In this document: positions 39,601 to 48,995 of the stretch, piece by piece
Position numbering within the stretch: position 1 is the first letter of the stretch
How the letters are laid out: every line of letters begins with the position of its first letter
Source of the DNA: an uncultured delta proteobacterium
Lineage (GTDB): Bacteria > Myxococcota_A > Polyangia > Fen-1088
Length of the DNA: 64,000 bases
Reading direction: 5' to 3'
Assembly (NCBI GenBank): GCA_963767925.1
Contig: CAVYGB010000002.1
Coordinates: forward strand, 1,408,001 to 1,472,000
Made by a program: the position numbers and the translations under genes
Notes under the pieces: generated by a model
What the model was told of the DNA's origin: nothing
The model's database searches: none
Seen by the model: only the letters and a program-made list of their open reading frames with translations

Positions 39601-40218
39601 GGCGCTGGGCGGCGGCGGGCCGGGCGGTTCGGGTGTGCCGGGGATCAGGTCCAGCTCGAGCGGCTCGAGCGGCGAGGCGCTGGCCGCCGGCATGCTGCCG
39701 ATGAAGATGTCGATGCCGAGCGGGATCGAGGTCGTCGCGCGGGCGTCCGCCGCGGCGGCGGCGGCGCTCTGGCGCGGCGAGCCCCCGATGTTGATCTCCT
39801 GGGGGTCCATGAGATCGACCCCCGGTGACCCGCCGGGCTGGCGCGCGTGCGGGGTGGGCAGATCGATCGATAGATCGTCGCTGTCCCCGCGGGAGGCCAG
39901 CAGATCGTCGGGCAGATCGATGTCGGCCGGGAGGTTGGGATCGTCACCCGAGGTGGGCGGCCGCGGCACCGACTCGCGCGCGGCCGGCAGGTCGCCGCTG
40001 TTGCTGCTGCCCATGCGCAGCTCCGGGACGCCGCCGCTGTCCTTGAGCGGCCGCAACGCCCCGGGAGGCGCGGCCCCCCGCACGATGATGGTGGTTCCGC
40101 AGCCGGCGCACGAGGCGCGCATGCCGTCGGCCGGAACGCCGAGCCCGACATTCACTTCCTGGCGCCTGCTGCACCTTGGACAAACAACCGCGATGACGCT
40201 CAAGCAACCCCGTCTCAC
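36637..40218 (-). CDS. Zinc-ribbon, Pro-rich linker, TM, TPR-repeat protein
   Basis: N-terminal CPRC..CAGC, long low-complexity linker, TM ILYIAVGAVAAVVLATAVLLVL, then many TPRs. Start uncertain. Confidence 0.85.
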   Translation of the reverse strand: MRRGCLSVIAVVCPRCSRRQEVNVGLGVPADGMRASCAGCGTTIIVRGAAPPGALRPLKDSGGVPELRMGSSNSGDLPAARESVPRPPTSGDDPNLPADIDLPDDLLASRGDSDDLSIDLPTPHARQPGGSPGVDLMDPQEINIGGSPRQSAAAAAADARATTSIPLGIDIFIGSMPAASASPLEPLELDLIPGTPEPPGPPPPSAPFPQAPSAAGPHPGLLSPTGQATANPTPPAPGLGPLKLRLGGGMPIGSAPPPSGAGAPDSGGPLDMAAMLSSLIGDAPPPPGAAPPSAGHPSLPSLAPPAAHPPLASLKSSAAPAPEAPRRKPAMAPSPGTGSFSIPTDTKTGAGDAMFSLKLDDGSASAVEEPVEETRPRAPLPKAAPAATTSRDDLPEGVAALAPPRRKNTAFVEDSPRPRSRRILYIAVGAVAAVVLATAVLLVLPRLRNGPSYAEALAPFEGDLARDHYPTYQKAAEAILADAGDTPDPAVRAAAAELLLLAALGRGGERGKVTRAEQLLANVPNAGEVSPEARRAHALLAIFKGKGRDAEQLVAAAAGSPEAQLIAGLRRLRERKPELAVAPLRGLADSAATRLLPRYLLGLALEESRQTAAALKAYERVLAGNREHSGAQVGKARLQQGPPQERRAAAEELARRINDKASPGELAEVQTLQGETTLALGRAAEAVEVLSRAVAASPGNASGQAFLAEALIADGRPADALTRLRAAENGVLTTYPARIAMAAALIANGQIAEGTSQIEALGPAASDNPRVPYWLGVASESSKPPDIEAAARRYRTAVDLDPRYLPASLRLAALLQKQGKADKALALIRDAEKAGVAPEALELAWGQALIAARNPQEAEAVFRKAVSRAPKLPAARIGLASALEEGGKLDEAEAELEKAANALKMPGLRDRLADLLLKRGKKQAALSAFEIELASGNTDPTMRVRLAKLALDMGKIDRAAHELELVTNESPGTPEAYFTLGRVREAGGDLHRALKEYRAALLYESFPQLHLALGRTLAALGKEDDALAHLGSAGDLAAARLERARIRLRRGRTDEALIDAEAAARLEPGNGQARFVHGLCLDLLGRADDAAAAWRTAIKVAPDLAEAYYRLGRYEMDKGRPGAALEPLRQAANRRPSAATWEADLYFQLALAELNGGSKPAAATALRRYLEVAPAEAPARPEAERMLGKLPRR

Positions 40219-40379
40219 ACATCGGCGTCAGCCCCACAGACTAAAACCCGAAACCCCTCGGGGACCCCTGAGTAGACCGAAACTGATTAGATATGCCTGA
40301 TGCGACGTTTCGGGCGCGTTGCGTCCGGGGTAGGTGATTAGGCGACGGCCGGGGCGCCGCCGGCGTCACTTCTGGCATC

Positions 40380-42560
40380 ATGCGCGGAACCATGCGACTC
40401 GCACCCTCGGTAGCCGGATGTTTGCTGGGCCTGGCCGTCGCCGCGATCGTCGCGCCCGCGCCTGTCCATGCCCAGAGCGAGCGGCTGGCCTCCTGCCGCC
40501 CGGTCGAGCTGTTCGCCGATGACTTCTCCCGCTTCCCGCCCGGCTGGCTGTCAAAGCCGGTGGGCACGCTCAACGGCGCGATCCAGGAGTACCACTACCT
40601 CCCGCACCGGGGCGTCCCGACAAAACCCTGGGCCAACGCCCTCTGCCACCTCGACGCCTGGGTGGTCGGCGACGAGGAGGGGGTGCCCTACCTCGAGCAG
40701 CACATGGTCTCGGACAACCCCGACTACATCGTGCCCCAGTTCGTGACCGGCGACCCCGCCTGGGTCGACACGGTCATCGAGGTGAAGATGAAGCCGCTGT
40801 CGGCCCAGCACTTTGCCGGCGTCGCCTTCCGCTACCAGACCAACAAGCACCACTACGTCTTTTCCCTCGCCGGCGGCAAGGAAGCGCGCCTGCTGTTGCG
40901 AGCCCCCATCGACACCGCCTACCGCACGGCGGTCTACCGCCCCATCGCCAGCAAGCCCTTCAGCTACGACTCGAAGAAGTACTACCAGATCCGGATCGAG
41001 AACGAGGGCCCCAGCATCCGGGTGCTGATCGACGGCAAGCCGGTGATCGAGGCCAGGGACGGCGAGCTCAAGGCGGGCAAGGTGGCCCTGCTCGGCAGCT
41101 CGCCCGCCCGCTTTGCCGCCTTCAAGGTCAGCGCCTGCCCGAAGACCAAGCAGGCCATCGCCGCCACCATCGCCAAGCGCGAGCAGGAGCTGACCCGCCT
41201 GCGCGCGGAGAACCCCCAGCCCAAGGTGTGGAAGAAGTTCTCCACCCCCAAGTTCGGGGCCGGCCGCAACGTCCGCTTCGGCGACCTCGACGGCGACGGC
41301 AAGACCGACATGTTGATCGCCCAGAACGTGCCCCGCGTGATGGGCGACGCCTTCGATCACATCAGCGCCTTGACCGCGGTGTCGCTCGACGGGCGGGTGC
41401 TGTGGCAGTCGGGGCGGCCCGACCCGCGCAACGGCCTGCTCACCAACGACACCCCCTTCCAGATCCACGACGTCGACGCCGACGGCAAGACCGACGTCCT
41501 GCTGATCCGGGACTTCAAGCTGCAGCTCCTCGACGGCAAGACCGGCAAGGTCAAGCGCTGGGTCTGGATGCCGGCCATCCCGGCCAACGCCACCCGCCGC
41601 CCCTACGAGCTTTACAGCGGCGACTCGATCGTCTTCGCCAACCTCACCGGCAAGCCGGGGCGGCGCGACTTCCTGCTCAAGGACCGCTACCGCCACTTCT
41701 GGGCCTTCAGCCGCGACCTCAAGCCGCTGTGGGAGGCCGACGACGACACCGGCCACTTCCCCTATCCCTTCGACGTGGACAACGACGGCCGCGACGAGGT
41801 GTTCGTGGGTCACGCCATGTACGATCACCAGGGCCGCAAGAAGTGGAGCCACGGCGGCAGCCTGAAGGACCACGTCGACGCGGTGGCGGTCGGCAACTTC
41901 ACCGGCGATCCCAAGGCCGAGCCCCGGGTCTACTGGAGCACCAGCGACGAGGGCTTCATCATGCTCGACCTGCGGGGCAACATCCTCAAGCACACCATCG
42001 TGGGCCACACCCAGACCGCGGCGGTGGGCAAGTTCCGCCCCGACCTGCCCGGGCTGCAATACGCCACCACCAACTTCTGGCGCAACCCCGGCATCGTCAG
42101 CGTGTTCGACGCCGACGGAAACCTCCTGACCCAGGGCGAGCCGATCCACACCGGCAGCGTCACCTTGCCGGTCAACTGGCGGGGCGACGGCCAGGAGTTC
42201 GTGCTCCTCTCGGGCAACGTCCACGAGGGCGGCATGATCGACGGGCACCTGCGCCGGGTGGTCATGTTCCCCGACGACGGCCACCCCGATCTGACCTCCC
42301 AGGTGCTCGACGTGACCGGCGACGCGCGCGACGAGGTCGTCCTGTGGGACGAATCGGCGGTGTGGGTCTACACCCAGGACGGCCCCAGCCCCAAGGGCAA
42401 GCTCTACGCCCCCCTGCGCAACCCGCGCTTCAACGACTCCAACTACCGGGCCAACGTCTCGCTCCCCGGCTGGCGCGACCCCACCGCCGCCACCCCCACC
42501 CCCCACCGCCCCACCGCCGCCACCCCCACCCCCCACCGCCCCACCGCCGCCACCCCCTGA
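40380..42560 (+). CDS. Secreted beta-propeller protein (FG-GAP-like; rhamnogalacturonan lyase family 11-like) with an N-terminal beta-sandwich
   Basis: Signal peptide (VHA-Q); repeated DxDxDGxxD/E loops (GDLDGDGKTD, DVDADGKTD, DVDNDGRDE, DVTGDARDE). Confidence 0.7.
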   Translation: MRGTMRLAPSVAGCLLGLAVAAIVAPAPVHAQSERLASCRPVELFADDFSRFPPGWLSKPVGTLNGAIQEYHYLPHRGVPTKPWANALCHLDAWVVGDEEGVPYLEQHMVSDNPDYIVPQFVTGDPAWVDTVIEVKMKPLSAQHFAGVAFRYQTNKHHYVFSLAGGKEARLLLRAPIDTAYRTAVYRPIASKPFSYDSKKYYQIRIENEGPSIRVLIDGKPVIEARDGELKAGKVALLGSSPARFAAFKVSACPKTKQAIAATIAKREQELTRLRAENPQPKVWKKFSTPKFGAGRNVRFGDLDGDGKTDMLIAQNVPRVMGDAFDHISALTAVSLDGRVLWQSGRPDPRNGLLTNDTPFQIHDVDADGKTDVLLIRDFKLQLLDGKTGKVKRWVWMPAIPANATRRPYELYSGDSIVFANLTGKPGRRDFLLKDRYRHFWAFSRDLKPLWEADDDTGHFPYPFDVDNDGRDEVFVGHAMYDHQGRKKWSHGGSLKDHVDAVAVGNFTGDPKAEPRVYWSTSDEGFIMLDLRGNILKHTIVGHTQTAAVGKFRPDLPGLQYATTNFWRNPGIVSVFDADGNLLTQGEPIHTGSVTLPVNWRGDGQEFVLLSGNVHEGGMIDGHLRRVVMFPDDGHPDLTSQVLDVTGDARDEVVLWDESAVWVYTQDGPSPKGKLYAPLRNPRFNDSNYRANVSLPGWRDPTAATPTPHRPTAATPTPHRPTAATP
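42481..42557 (+). repeat. 30-bp tandem repeat, about 2.6 copies
   Basis: CCACCGCCGCCACCCCCACCCCCCACCGCC, encoding the PTAATPTPHR tail. Confidence 0.9.
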
Positions 42561-42607
42561 CCGCCCGGCGGTCTTCCGCGGAATCCCGCGGGAAGCTGAG
42601 GTCCGTC

Positions 42608-42670
42608 CCCCTCGCTGCCCGTTTGCCCTCGCCCCGCGGTCCTCCGCGGGGAGAGGGTAAGGGTGAGGGG
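42608..42670 (-). repeat. REP-like palindromic element, single copy
   Basis: Reverse complement CCCCTCACCCTTACCCTCTCCCCGCGGAGGACCGCGGGGCGAGGGCAAACGGGCAGCG; closest to the copy at 21976. Confidence 0.8.
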
Positions 42671-42731
42671 AGGTCGCCAGGCCCGCAGGCCAGCCCTCAA
42701 CCAGCTCCGGCGAACCGTCGATGATCCGGGG

Positions 42732-43517
42732 GTGATCCCGGCGCGCCCCCCGGTGGTCTGGCAGGACCCGACCAGCGATCCCGCGCTCGAGACGCGCTTC
42801 CGGCAGCTCGCCCTGCCGGTGGCGCTGCTGCTGGCCTGGCTGGTGACCTTCGCCGGGCCGCGCTTCGTCGGCCGCATCTTCCTGTCGATGTGGGTGCACG
42901 AGCTGGGGCACGCCGTCACCGCCTGGCTGTGTGGCTTCGGCGCCTTCCCCGGCCCCTGGCGCACCCCGGTCTCGGACGAGCGGATGCCGCTCCTGACCCT
43001 CGGGCTGCTGCTCGCCCTCGGCTACGCCGGGTTCCGCGCCTGGGCGGCCGAGGCGCGCTGGCTGTGCGCCGGGCTGGGGCTGCTGGCCGTGCTCGCGCTG
43101 GCGTTGACCCTGGGGATGGGCGTCCACCGCGCGCGGGCCCTCATCACCTTCGGGGGCGACGCCGGCTGCCTGGTGCTCGGCACCATCCTGATGGCCACGT
43201 TTTATGTCCCGCCGGGCAGCGCCCTTCACCGCGGCTGGCTGCGCTGGGGCTTCCTCGTGATCGGCGCCTTCGCCTTCATGGACGCCTTCAAGACCTGGTG
43301 GGACGCCGGGCACGGCCGCGACGGCGTGGAGTACGGTCACCTCGAGGGGGTAGGCGACAGCGACCCCACCCGCCTGGTGTTCGAATACGGCTGGGGCGAG
43401 GCCCGCCTCATCGCCCGCTACCTGCGGCTGGCCTGGATCTGCCTGACCGCGCTCGGCCTCCTCTACCTCTGGAACCTGCGCCCGCGCCCGGCCGCCCCGC
43501 CGCCCGCCAGCTTTTGA
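42732..43517 (+). CDS. Membrane protein with HExxH (M50-like peptidase)
   Basis: VHELGHAVTAW within a hydrophobic context, several TMs, late SD motif. Start approximate. Confidence 0.7.
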   Translation: MIPARPPVVWQDPTSDPALETRFRQLALPVALLLAWLVTFAGPRFVGRIFLSMWVHELGHAVTAWLCGFGAFPGPWRTPVSDERMPLLTLGLLLALGYAGFRAWAAEARWLCAGLGLLAVLALALTLGMGVHRARALITFGGDAGCLVLGTILMATFYVPPGSALHRGWLRWGFLVIGAFAFMDAFKTWWDAGHGRDGVEYGHLEGVGDSDPTRLVFEYGWGEARLIARYLRLAWICLTALGLLYLWNLRPRPAAPPPASF

Positions 43518-43578
43518 GGGCCGGGTCGGCGCGGGAGCGGCGGATGCGCCGGCCGCGTCCCTGCGGCATGATGCGCGG

Positions 43579-44232
43579 GTGCTGGCCGCCCTGCTCTCGT
43601 TTTCCGTGTCGACCTTGACGACCCTGTTCGTCGTCGTCGATCCCTTCGCGGCGGTCCCGCTGTTCCTCACCATGACCGCCGCCAATCCGCCCGAGCACAA
43701 GCGGCGCATCGCCGCCCGCACCGCGCTGGCCACCGGGGTGGTGCTGGCCGCCTTCGCCGCCCTCGGCAGCCTGGTCTTCCGGCTGCTCGGCATCTCCATG
43801 GGCGCCTTTCGCATCGCCGGCGGGGTGCTGCTGTTCCTGCTGGCGGTCGACATGTTGCGGGCCCAGCCCTCGCGCCAGCGCACCTCGCCCGAGGAGGAGG
43901 CCGAGGGGATCGAGCGGCCCGACCCGTCCATCTTCCCGCTCGCCATCCCCATGCTGGCCGGCCCCGGCGGCACCTCGACGGTGATGGTGCTCGTCTCGCG
44001 CGCCGATCGGATCTGGCAATACGCGGTGGTGGTGCTGGCCATCGCGCTCACCGCCTTCGCCTCGTACTGGATCTTGCGGGGCGCGCTGCAGGTGGAAAAG
44101 CGGCTGGGGCAGACCGGCATGAACGTGGTCCAGCGGGTGATGGGTCTCATCCTGGCCGCGACCGCGGTGCAGTTCGTCGTCGATGGGATCGCCACCGTGC
44201 TGCCGAGCATGCGCGAGGCGCCGCCCTCCTGA
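43579..44232 (+). CDS. MarC-family membrane protein
   Basis: LFVVVDP, AFRIAGGVLL, FPLAIPMLAGPG, RVMGLIL. Confidence 0.92.
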   Translation: MLAALLSFSVSTLTTLFVVVDPFAAVPLFLTMTAANPPEHKRRIAARTALATGVVLAAFAALGSLVFRLLGISMGAFRIAGGVLLFLLAVDMLRAQPSRQRTSPEEEAEGIERPDPSIFPLAIPMLAGPGGTSTVMVLVSRADRIWQYAVVVLAIALTAFASYWILRGALQVEKRLGQTGMNVVQRVMGLILAATAVQFVVDGIATVLPSMREAPPS

Positions 44233-44338
44233 GCGGCCGATCGCCGGGTCGATCGGCCGGCATGCGCGCACCGCTCGGGCCCCTTCGGTCCGGTTGCAGG
44301 TGGTTGGCTCGCGGGGGAAGGAGGCGCATGATGGGGAG

Positions 44339-44839
44339 ATGGCGGCCAAGGGGACTCCGCAACTGGTCATCCGCCGCGCCGAGACGCGAGACCTGCCGGT
44401 CCTCGGTCGGCTTGGCGAGCTGATGGTGACCGTCCATCACCGCTACGACTCCGCGCGCTTCATGGTGCCGGGCGACGACGTGGCCGAAGGTTATGCCTGG
44501 TTCCTCGGCACCGAGCTCGGGCAAGAGGAGGTGCTGGTCCTGGTGGCCGAGCTGGCCGGCACCGTGGTGGGCTACGTCTACGCCGGCCTCGAGCCCCAGT
44601 CCTGGAAGGAGCTGCGCGAGCCGGCCGGCTTCATCCACGACCTGGTCGTCGACGAGTCGGCCCGCCGCCGCGGCATCGCCAGCCAGCTCCTGGAGTCGGC
44701 GGCGGCCTGGCTGGAGGCCCACGGGGCGCCCCGGGTCATGTTGTGGACGGCCGAGAAGAACGACGAGGCCCAGCGGTTGTTCGAGCAGCTCGGCTTTCGC
44801 CGGACCATGATCGAGATGACCCGCGAACGCCAGTCCTGA
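44339..44839 (+). CDS. GNAT N-acetyltransferase
   Basis: LVVDESARRRGIASQL, NDEAQRLFEQLGF. Confidence 0.9.
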   Translation: MAAKGTPQLVIRRAETRDLPVLGRLGELMVTVHHRYDSARFMVPGDDVAEGYAWFLGTELGQEEVLVLVAELAGTVVGYVYAGLEPQSWKELREPAGFIHDLVVDESARRRGIASQLLESAAAWLEAHGAPRVMLWTAEKNDEAQRLFEQLGFRRTMIEMTRERQS

Positions 44840-44876
44840 GGGCGGCGCGGTCCCACCGCCAACCTGAAGGACCAAA

Positions 44877-45671
44877 ATGCCTCCCGCTCCGGTTTCCCGC
44901 GACGAACTAGTTCGCCAGCTCCACGCGCTGGGGGTCAGGCCCCGCGCCGTGCTCCTCGTGCACACCGCCTTTTCCCGGCTGCGCCCCATCGAGGACGGCC
45001 CGGCCGGCCTGATCGCCGCCCTGCAGACGGCGGTGGGGCCGCAGGGGACCATCGTCATGCCGAGCATGCCCGACGACGACGACCACCCGTTCGATCCCCG
45101 GGCGACGCCCTGCAAGGGCATGGGCGTCGTCGCCGACACGTTCTGGCGGCTGCCCGGCGTCCTGCGCAGCGACAGCCCGCACGCCTTCGCCGCGCGCGGC
45201 CCCGCCGCCGAGGCCATCACCACCCCCCACCCGGTCGAGCTGCCCCACGGTCCGGACAGCCCCGTGGGTCGGGTCTACGACGTCGACGGCCAGGTGCTGC
45301 TGCTCGGCGTGGACCACGACAGCGACACGACCGTGCACCTGGGCGAGTTCCTGGCCTGCGTGCGCTACCGGGCCGCCAAATACGCCATGGTCTGGCGCGA
45401 GGGCCGGGCCCTGCGGGTCGACTACGACGAGATCGACCACTGCTGCGACAACTTCCGCATGGTCAACGGCTGGCTCGACGAGAACAGCGCCCAGCGCCGC
45501 GGCCCGATCGCCCACGGCGAGGGCCGCCTGGCCCGCGCCCGCTCCATCGTGACGGCGGTGACCACCCAGCTCCGGCGCGACGAGACCCGCTTTTTGCACC
45601 CCTTCGGCGTCGACGCAGAGTGCGACGCCGCCCGCCGCAGCCTGGGCCAGCAACCCCCCCCGCCACCCTGA
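44877..45671 (+). CDS. AAC(3)-family N-acetyltransferase, AAC(3)-IV-like
   Basis: [61 protein letters not shown]. Confidence 0.88.
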   Translation: MPPAPVSRDELVRQLHALGVRPRAVLLVHTAFSRLRPIEDGPAGLIAALQTAVGPQGTIVMPSMPDDDDHPFDPRATPCKGMGVVADTFWRLPGVLRSDSPHAFAARGPAAEAITTPHPVELPHGPDSPVGRVYDVDGQVLLLGVDHDSDTTVHLGEFLACVRYRAAKYAMVWREGRALRVDYDEIDHCCDNFRMVNGWLDENSAQRRGPIAHGEGRLARARSIVTAVTTQLRRDETRFLHPFGVDAECDAARRSLGQQPPPPP

Positions 45672-45811
45672 GCCGCGCGGGCCGATGTTCCCGGGCCCAG
45701 CGTCGAGGCCCGTAGCCACTCCGGCGCACGACGCCATCGCTGGTCCCCCGCGTCCCGGGGCGCTGGATTGAGCTAGGTTGGTCGGCGAGGCGTCTCCTGA
45801 CCCGCCCCCCG

Positions 45812-46471
45812 ATGAAACCGAGCCCCCTCCCCGTCGACCGCGCGCCGGTGCGGGACGGACCCCAGCCCGATGGGCGGCCCGAGCACGAGCTGCGTCTGGC
45901 CCGGGCTCTGCTGCGCGGCGAGCGGGCGGCGGGGGCGGCGCTGTGGGATCACTTCTCGCCGCTGGTGCGGGGGCTGCTCGGGCGGGCCTTCGGCCCCGAG
46001 GAGGGGACCGAAGATGCCCTGCAGGAGGTCTTCCTGCGTGTCTTCCACAAGGGCAAGACCTTGCGCGACCCGGCCTGCCTGCGCAGCTTCGTGGTGGCGG
46101 TGACGGTGCACTTCATCCGCTCGGAGCTGCGCAAGCGGCGGCTGCGGCGGGCGATCATGCGGCCGCTCGGCCGGCGGTCCGCGCCGATCGAGACGACCGC
46201 GCCGGTGGCGGGGCCGCGGCTGGCGGTGGCGGCGCTGTACCGCGCGCTCGACGATTTGCCGGTCGACGAGCGGATCGCCTTCACCCTGCGCTTCTTCGAG
46301 GGCGCCAGCCTGGAGGACGCGGCGGTCTTGTCGGGCATGTCGCTGGCCACCTTCAAGCGCCGGCTGGCCGCCGCCAAGCACACCCTGTGGGCGCGGGCGC
46401 TGGCCGATCCCTGGCTGTCGGCCTACGTCGATCCGGCCATCGGCCTGGCACCGCAGGAGGGCGAGGCGTGA
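45812..46471 (+). CDS. ECF RNA polymerase sigma factor
   Basis: EDALQEVFLRVF region 2; LDDLPVDERIAFTLRFFEG..SLATFKRRL region 4. Confidence 0.9.
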   Translation: MKPSPLPVDRAPVRDGPQPDGRPEHELRLARALLRGERAAGAALWDHFSPLVRGLLGRAFGPEEGTEDALQEVFLRVFHKGKTLRDPACLRSFVVAVTVHFIRSELRKRRLRRAIMRPLGRRSAPIETTAPVAGPRLAVAALYRALDDLPVDERIAFTLRFFEGASLEDAAVLSGMSLATFKRRLAAAKHTLWARALADPWLSAYVDPAIGLAPQEGEA

Positions 46472-47634
46472 CCCGGGCCGACCGCGCCTTCGAGCCGATC
46501 GCGCGCCTGGCCCGCGCCGCCGCCAGCGTGCCGGTCGACGAGCCGGCGGTGCGGGACGCGCGCAGCCGCTTCCTGCATCGCCTGAACGGGCAGGGGGCGC
46601 GAGGCTTCTCGCTCGGGCTGGCGCTGGCCGCGGTGGGCGGCATCGCCGGGGTGCTGATGGCGCTGCGCACGCCCGAGCCGTCGCGGCCGCCGCTGACCGC
46701 GGGCGCCGACCTGCCGGTGCTCCAGGGCGGGACGCTGGTGCGCTTCCGCGACGGGTCCGAGCTGGAGCTGGAGCCGGACGGGCGCGGGCGGCTGGCCGAG
46801 GTGGCGCCGGCCGGCGCGCGCGTGTTGCTGGAGGACGGGGCCCTGCGGGTCAAGGTCACGCCCCGGCCCGACGCCCGCTGGACCATCGAGGCGGGCCCCT
46901 TCCGGGTCAAGGTCAAGGGCACGACCTTCCGCGTGCGCTGGGACGAGCTGGGCGGGCGCTTCGATCTGGAGATGGTCGAGGGCGCGGTGGTGGTGACCGG
47001 TCCCCGCACCGAGCGCCGCCTGCGCGCGGGGCAGCGCATGTCGGCGGCCCGCGACGGCCGCCTGGTCGAGCTGACGCCTGGCCCGCCGGCCGAGCCGCCG
47101 CCACCACCACCAGGCCGTCCGCCTGCGCCAATCCGACCGACGGCGCCCCGGGCGATCGAGCCACCCGGCTGGTCGCAGCTCCTGCGCGACGGCGCGCTCG
47201 ACACCCTCATCGCGAGCGCCGAGGCCGAGGGCCTGGCCCGGGCGCTCAACACCCGGGGGGTCGACGATCTGGCGGCGCTGGCCACGGCGGCGCGGCTGAG
47301 CGATCGGTTCGCGCTGGCCCGGCGGGTCTTCCGCGCGCAGCGGGTGCGCTTCCCGGCCAGCGAGGCCGCCGGGGAGGCCGCCTTCCATCTCGGCCGGCTG
47401 GCCGACGACGTCGACCGCGACCCGGCCGCCGCGGTGGCCTGGTACGATCGCTACCTCGACGAGTCGCCGAGCGGCACCTTCGCCGCCGAGGCCCTCGCCC
47501 GCAAGCTGACCGCCCTGGCCGGGCAGAGCGACCCCGCCAGCCAGGAGGCAGCGCGCGCCACCGCCCGGGCTTACCTCGCGCGCTTCCCCGAAGGCCCCGC
47601 CCGCGACCAGGCCCGCCGCCTCCTCGCCCCATGA
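46468..47634 (+). CDS. FecR-domain anti-sigma factor with C-terminal TPR
   Basis: TM, RFRDGSELEL, VKVKGTTFRV, YLDESPSGTFAAEA, YLARFPEG; GTGA overlap with the sigma gene. Confidence 0.85.
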   Translation: MTRADRAFEPIARLARAAASVPVDEPAVRDARSRFLHRLNGQGARGFSLGLALAAVGGIAGVLMALRTPEPSRPPLTAGADLPVLQGGTLVRFRDGSELELEPDGRGRLAEVAPAGARVLLEDGALRVKVTPRPDARWTIEAGPFRVKVKGTTFRVRWDELGGRFDLEMVEGAVVVTGPRTERRLRAGQRMSAARDGRLVELTPGPPAEPPPPPPGRPPAPIRPTAPRAIEPPGWSQLLRDGALDTLIASAEAEGLARALNTRGVDDLAALATAARLSDRFALARRVFRAQRVRFPASEAAGEAAFHLGRLADDVDRDPAAAVAWYDRYLDESPSGTFAAEALARKLTALAGQSDPASQEAARATARAYLARFPEGPARDQARRLLAP

Positions 47635-48938
47635 TCCCCCCTTCTACGCGGACGCCCCGGCGCCCTCCGAGCCCGCTCTCCGCCCCGGCCCACCAAACGG
47701 GCTGTCCGGAGCCCCCTCACCCCTCCCTCTCCCCGCTTCGCGGGGCGAGGGCGAACGGGCAGCGGGGAGCGAAAATCCCGCCCAAATCCGTCACATGTGC
47801 CCGCTCGGAGGATGAGCAGGGCACCAAGACGATCGTTCGCCCTCGCCCCGCGGCAGCGGGGAGAGGGAGGGGTGAGGGGTCCTCCGGCGTTCCGCGGTTC
47901 AAACCGTTCGGCGCTCTTGCAGTCCTTCCCGTCGTGCTCGCGGGCGCGCTGGCCCCCGCGGGTGTCCGGGCGCAGGTCGCGGGGCCGGCCCGGGCGGCAA
48001 GCTTGCCGCCGCTGCGGGTGGACCTGCTGGCGCCGACGGTGGCCGCGGCCGAGCCGGGGCTGGCGCTGCTACGGGCGGAGCTGTCGGCGGGCGGGTTTTC
48101 CGTCGAGGAGCGGCCGGCGCCAGGGCCGCCGACCCCGGGCTGGCTCGATGGTCTGCGCGAGGCGGGCGCCTTCGCCACCGTGGTCCCCGATCCCGAAGGG
48201 GCGCGCGCGGCGGCGCTGGTGCTTGTGTACGGATCGGGCGCGACCGACTCGCGCCGGCACGCGATCGATCTCGGCGACCTGGCCCCGCTGTCCGAGGCGG
48301 AGGCTCTGCGCCGCCTGACCGCCCTGGCGGTGCGCGTCTCCGAGGTCCTGCAGGCTCACGCCCGCGAGCACGCCAGCGCCCCACCTCCTGCCGCCCCCAC
48401 CGCTGTCCCCGCGCCACCCCCGCCGGGCGATGTGCGCCTGCAGGCAGGTTTGACCGCAGGCGGTGCCGTGACGGGGGTCGGCAGCGCGGTCGGACCCTCG
48501 CTGGCGCTGTCGGGACACGACCGGCAGCGGCGCCTGCTGCGCCTGTCGCTGGTCGGGCCGAGCCTCGCCCGCGCCGTGCGCGCGCCGGCCGGCGCGCTGC
48601 GGGTGTGGGGCAGCCAGGCCCTGCTCGAGCTCGGCTACGAGCCCACCGCGGCCGGGCGGGTCGCGGCGGTGATCGCCGCCGGCGCCGGCGTCCAGCACGT
48701 GCTGGCCAGCCCGCTGCCCGGCCCGGTCTTCCCCCGCCGCCTCGAGAACGCGGTCGCCCCCCTGGTCGGCCTCAGCGTCGGCCTGGCCCTGCGCCTGTCG
48801 GCGGGGCTCTCGGCAGTCGGCAGCCTGCGGATCCAGGGCCTGGTCACCCGCCCCGGCGTCTGGATCGACGGCGTCCGGGTGGCCCGCGCCCCCCGCCTGC
48901 TCAACCTCGCCAGCGTGGGCCTGCAGCTCAATCTGTGA
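47631..48938 (+). CDS. Hypothetical exported/outer-membrane protein with REP-derived N-terminal segment
   Basis: ATGA coupling to fecR; signal-like LAVLPVVLAGALAPAGVRAQ at about residue 95; C-terminal beta strands. Confidence 0.6.
   Translation: MIPPSTRTPRRPPSPLSAPAHQTGCPEPPHPSLSPLRGARANGQRGAKIPPKSVTCARSEDEQGTKTIVRPRPAAAGRGRGEGSSGVPRFKPFGALAVLPVVLAGALAPAGVRAQVAGPARAASLPPLRVDLLAPTVAAAEPGLALLRAELSAGGFSVEERPAPGPPTPGWLDGLREAGAFATVVPDPEGARAAALVLVYGSGATDSRRHAIDLGDLAPLSEAEALRRLTALAVRVSEVLQAHAREHASAPPPAAPTAVPAPPPPGDVRLQAGLTAGGAVTGVGSAVGPSLALSGHDRQRRLLRLSLVGPSLARAVRAPAGALRVWGSQALLELGYEPTAAGRVAAVIAAGAGVQHVLASPLPGPVFPRRLENAVAPLVGLSVGLALRLSAGLSAVGSLRIQGLVTRPGVWIDGVRVARAPRLLNLASVGLQLNL
47712..47879. repeat. 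Inverted REP-like doublet (REPIN-like)
   Basis: Forward copy 47712-47767 and inverted copy 47834-47879, near-identical to the doublet at 23057-23281. Confidence 0.85.
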
Positions 48939-48995
48939 GCCCGAGCGGGGCTCGGAAGACAGCCGCGCGGAAGACGGCGGCTCGGAACCCGCGGC

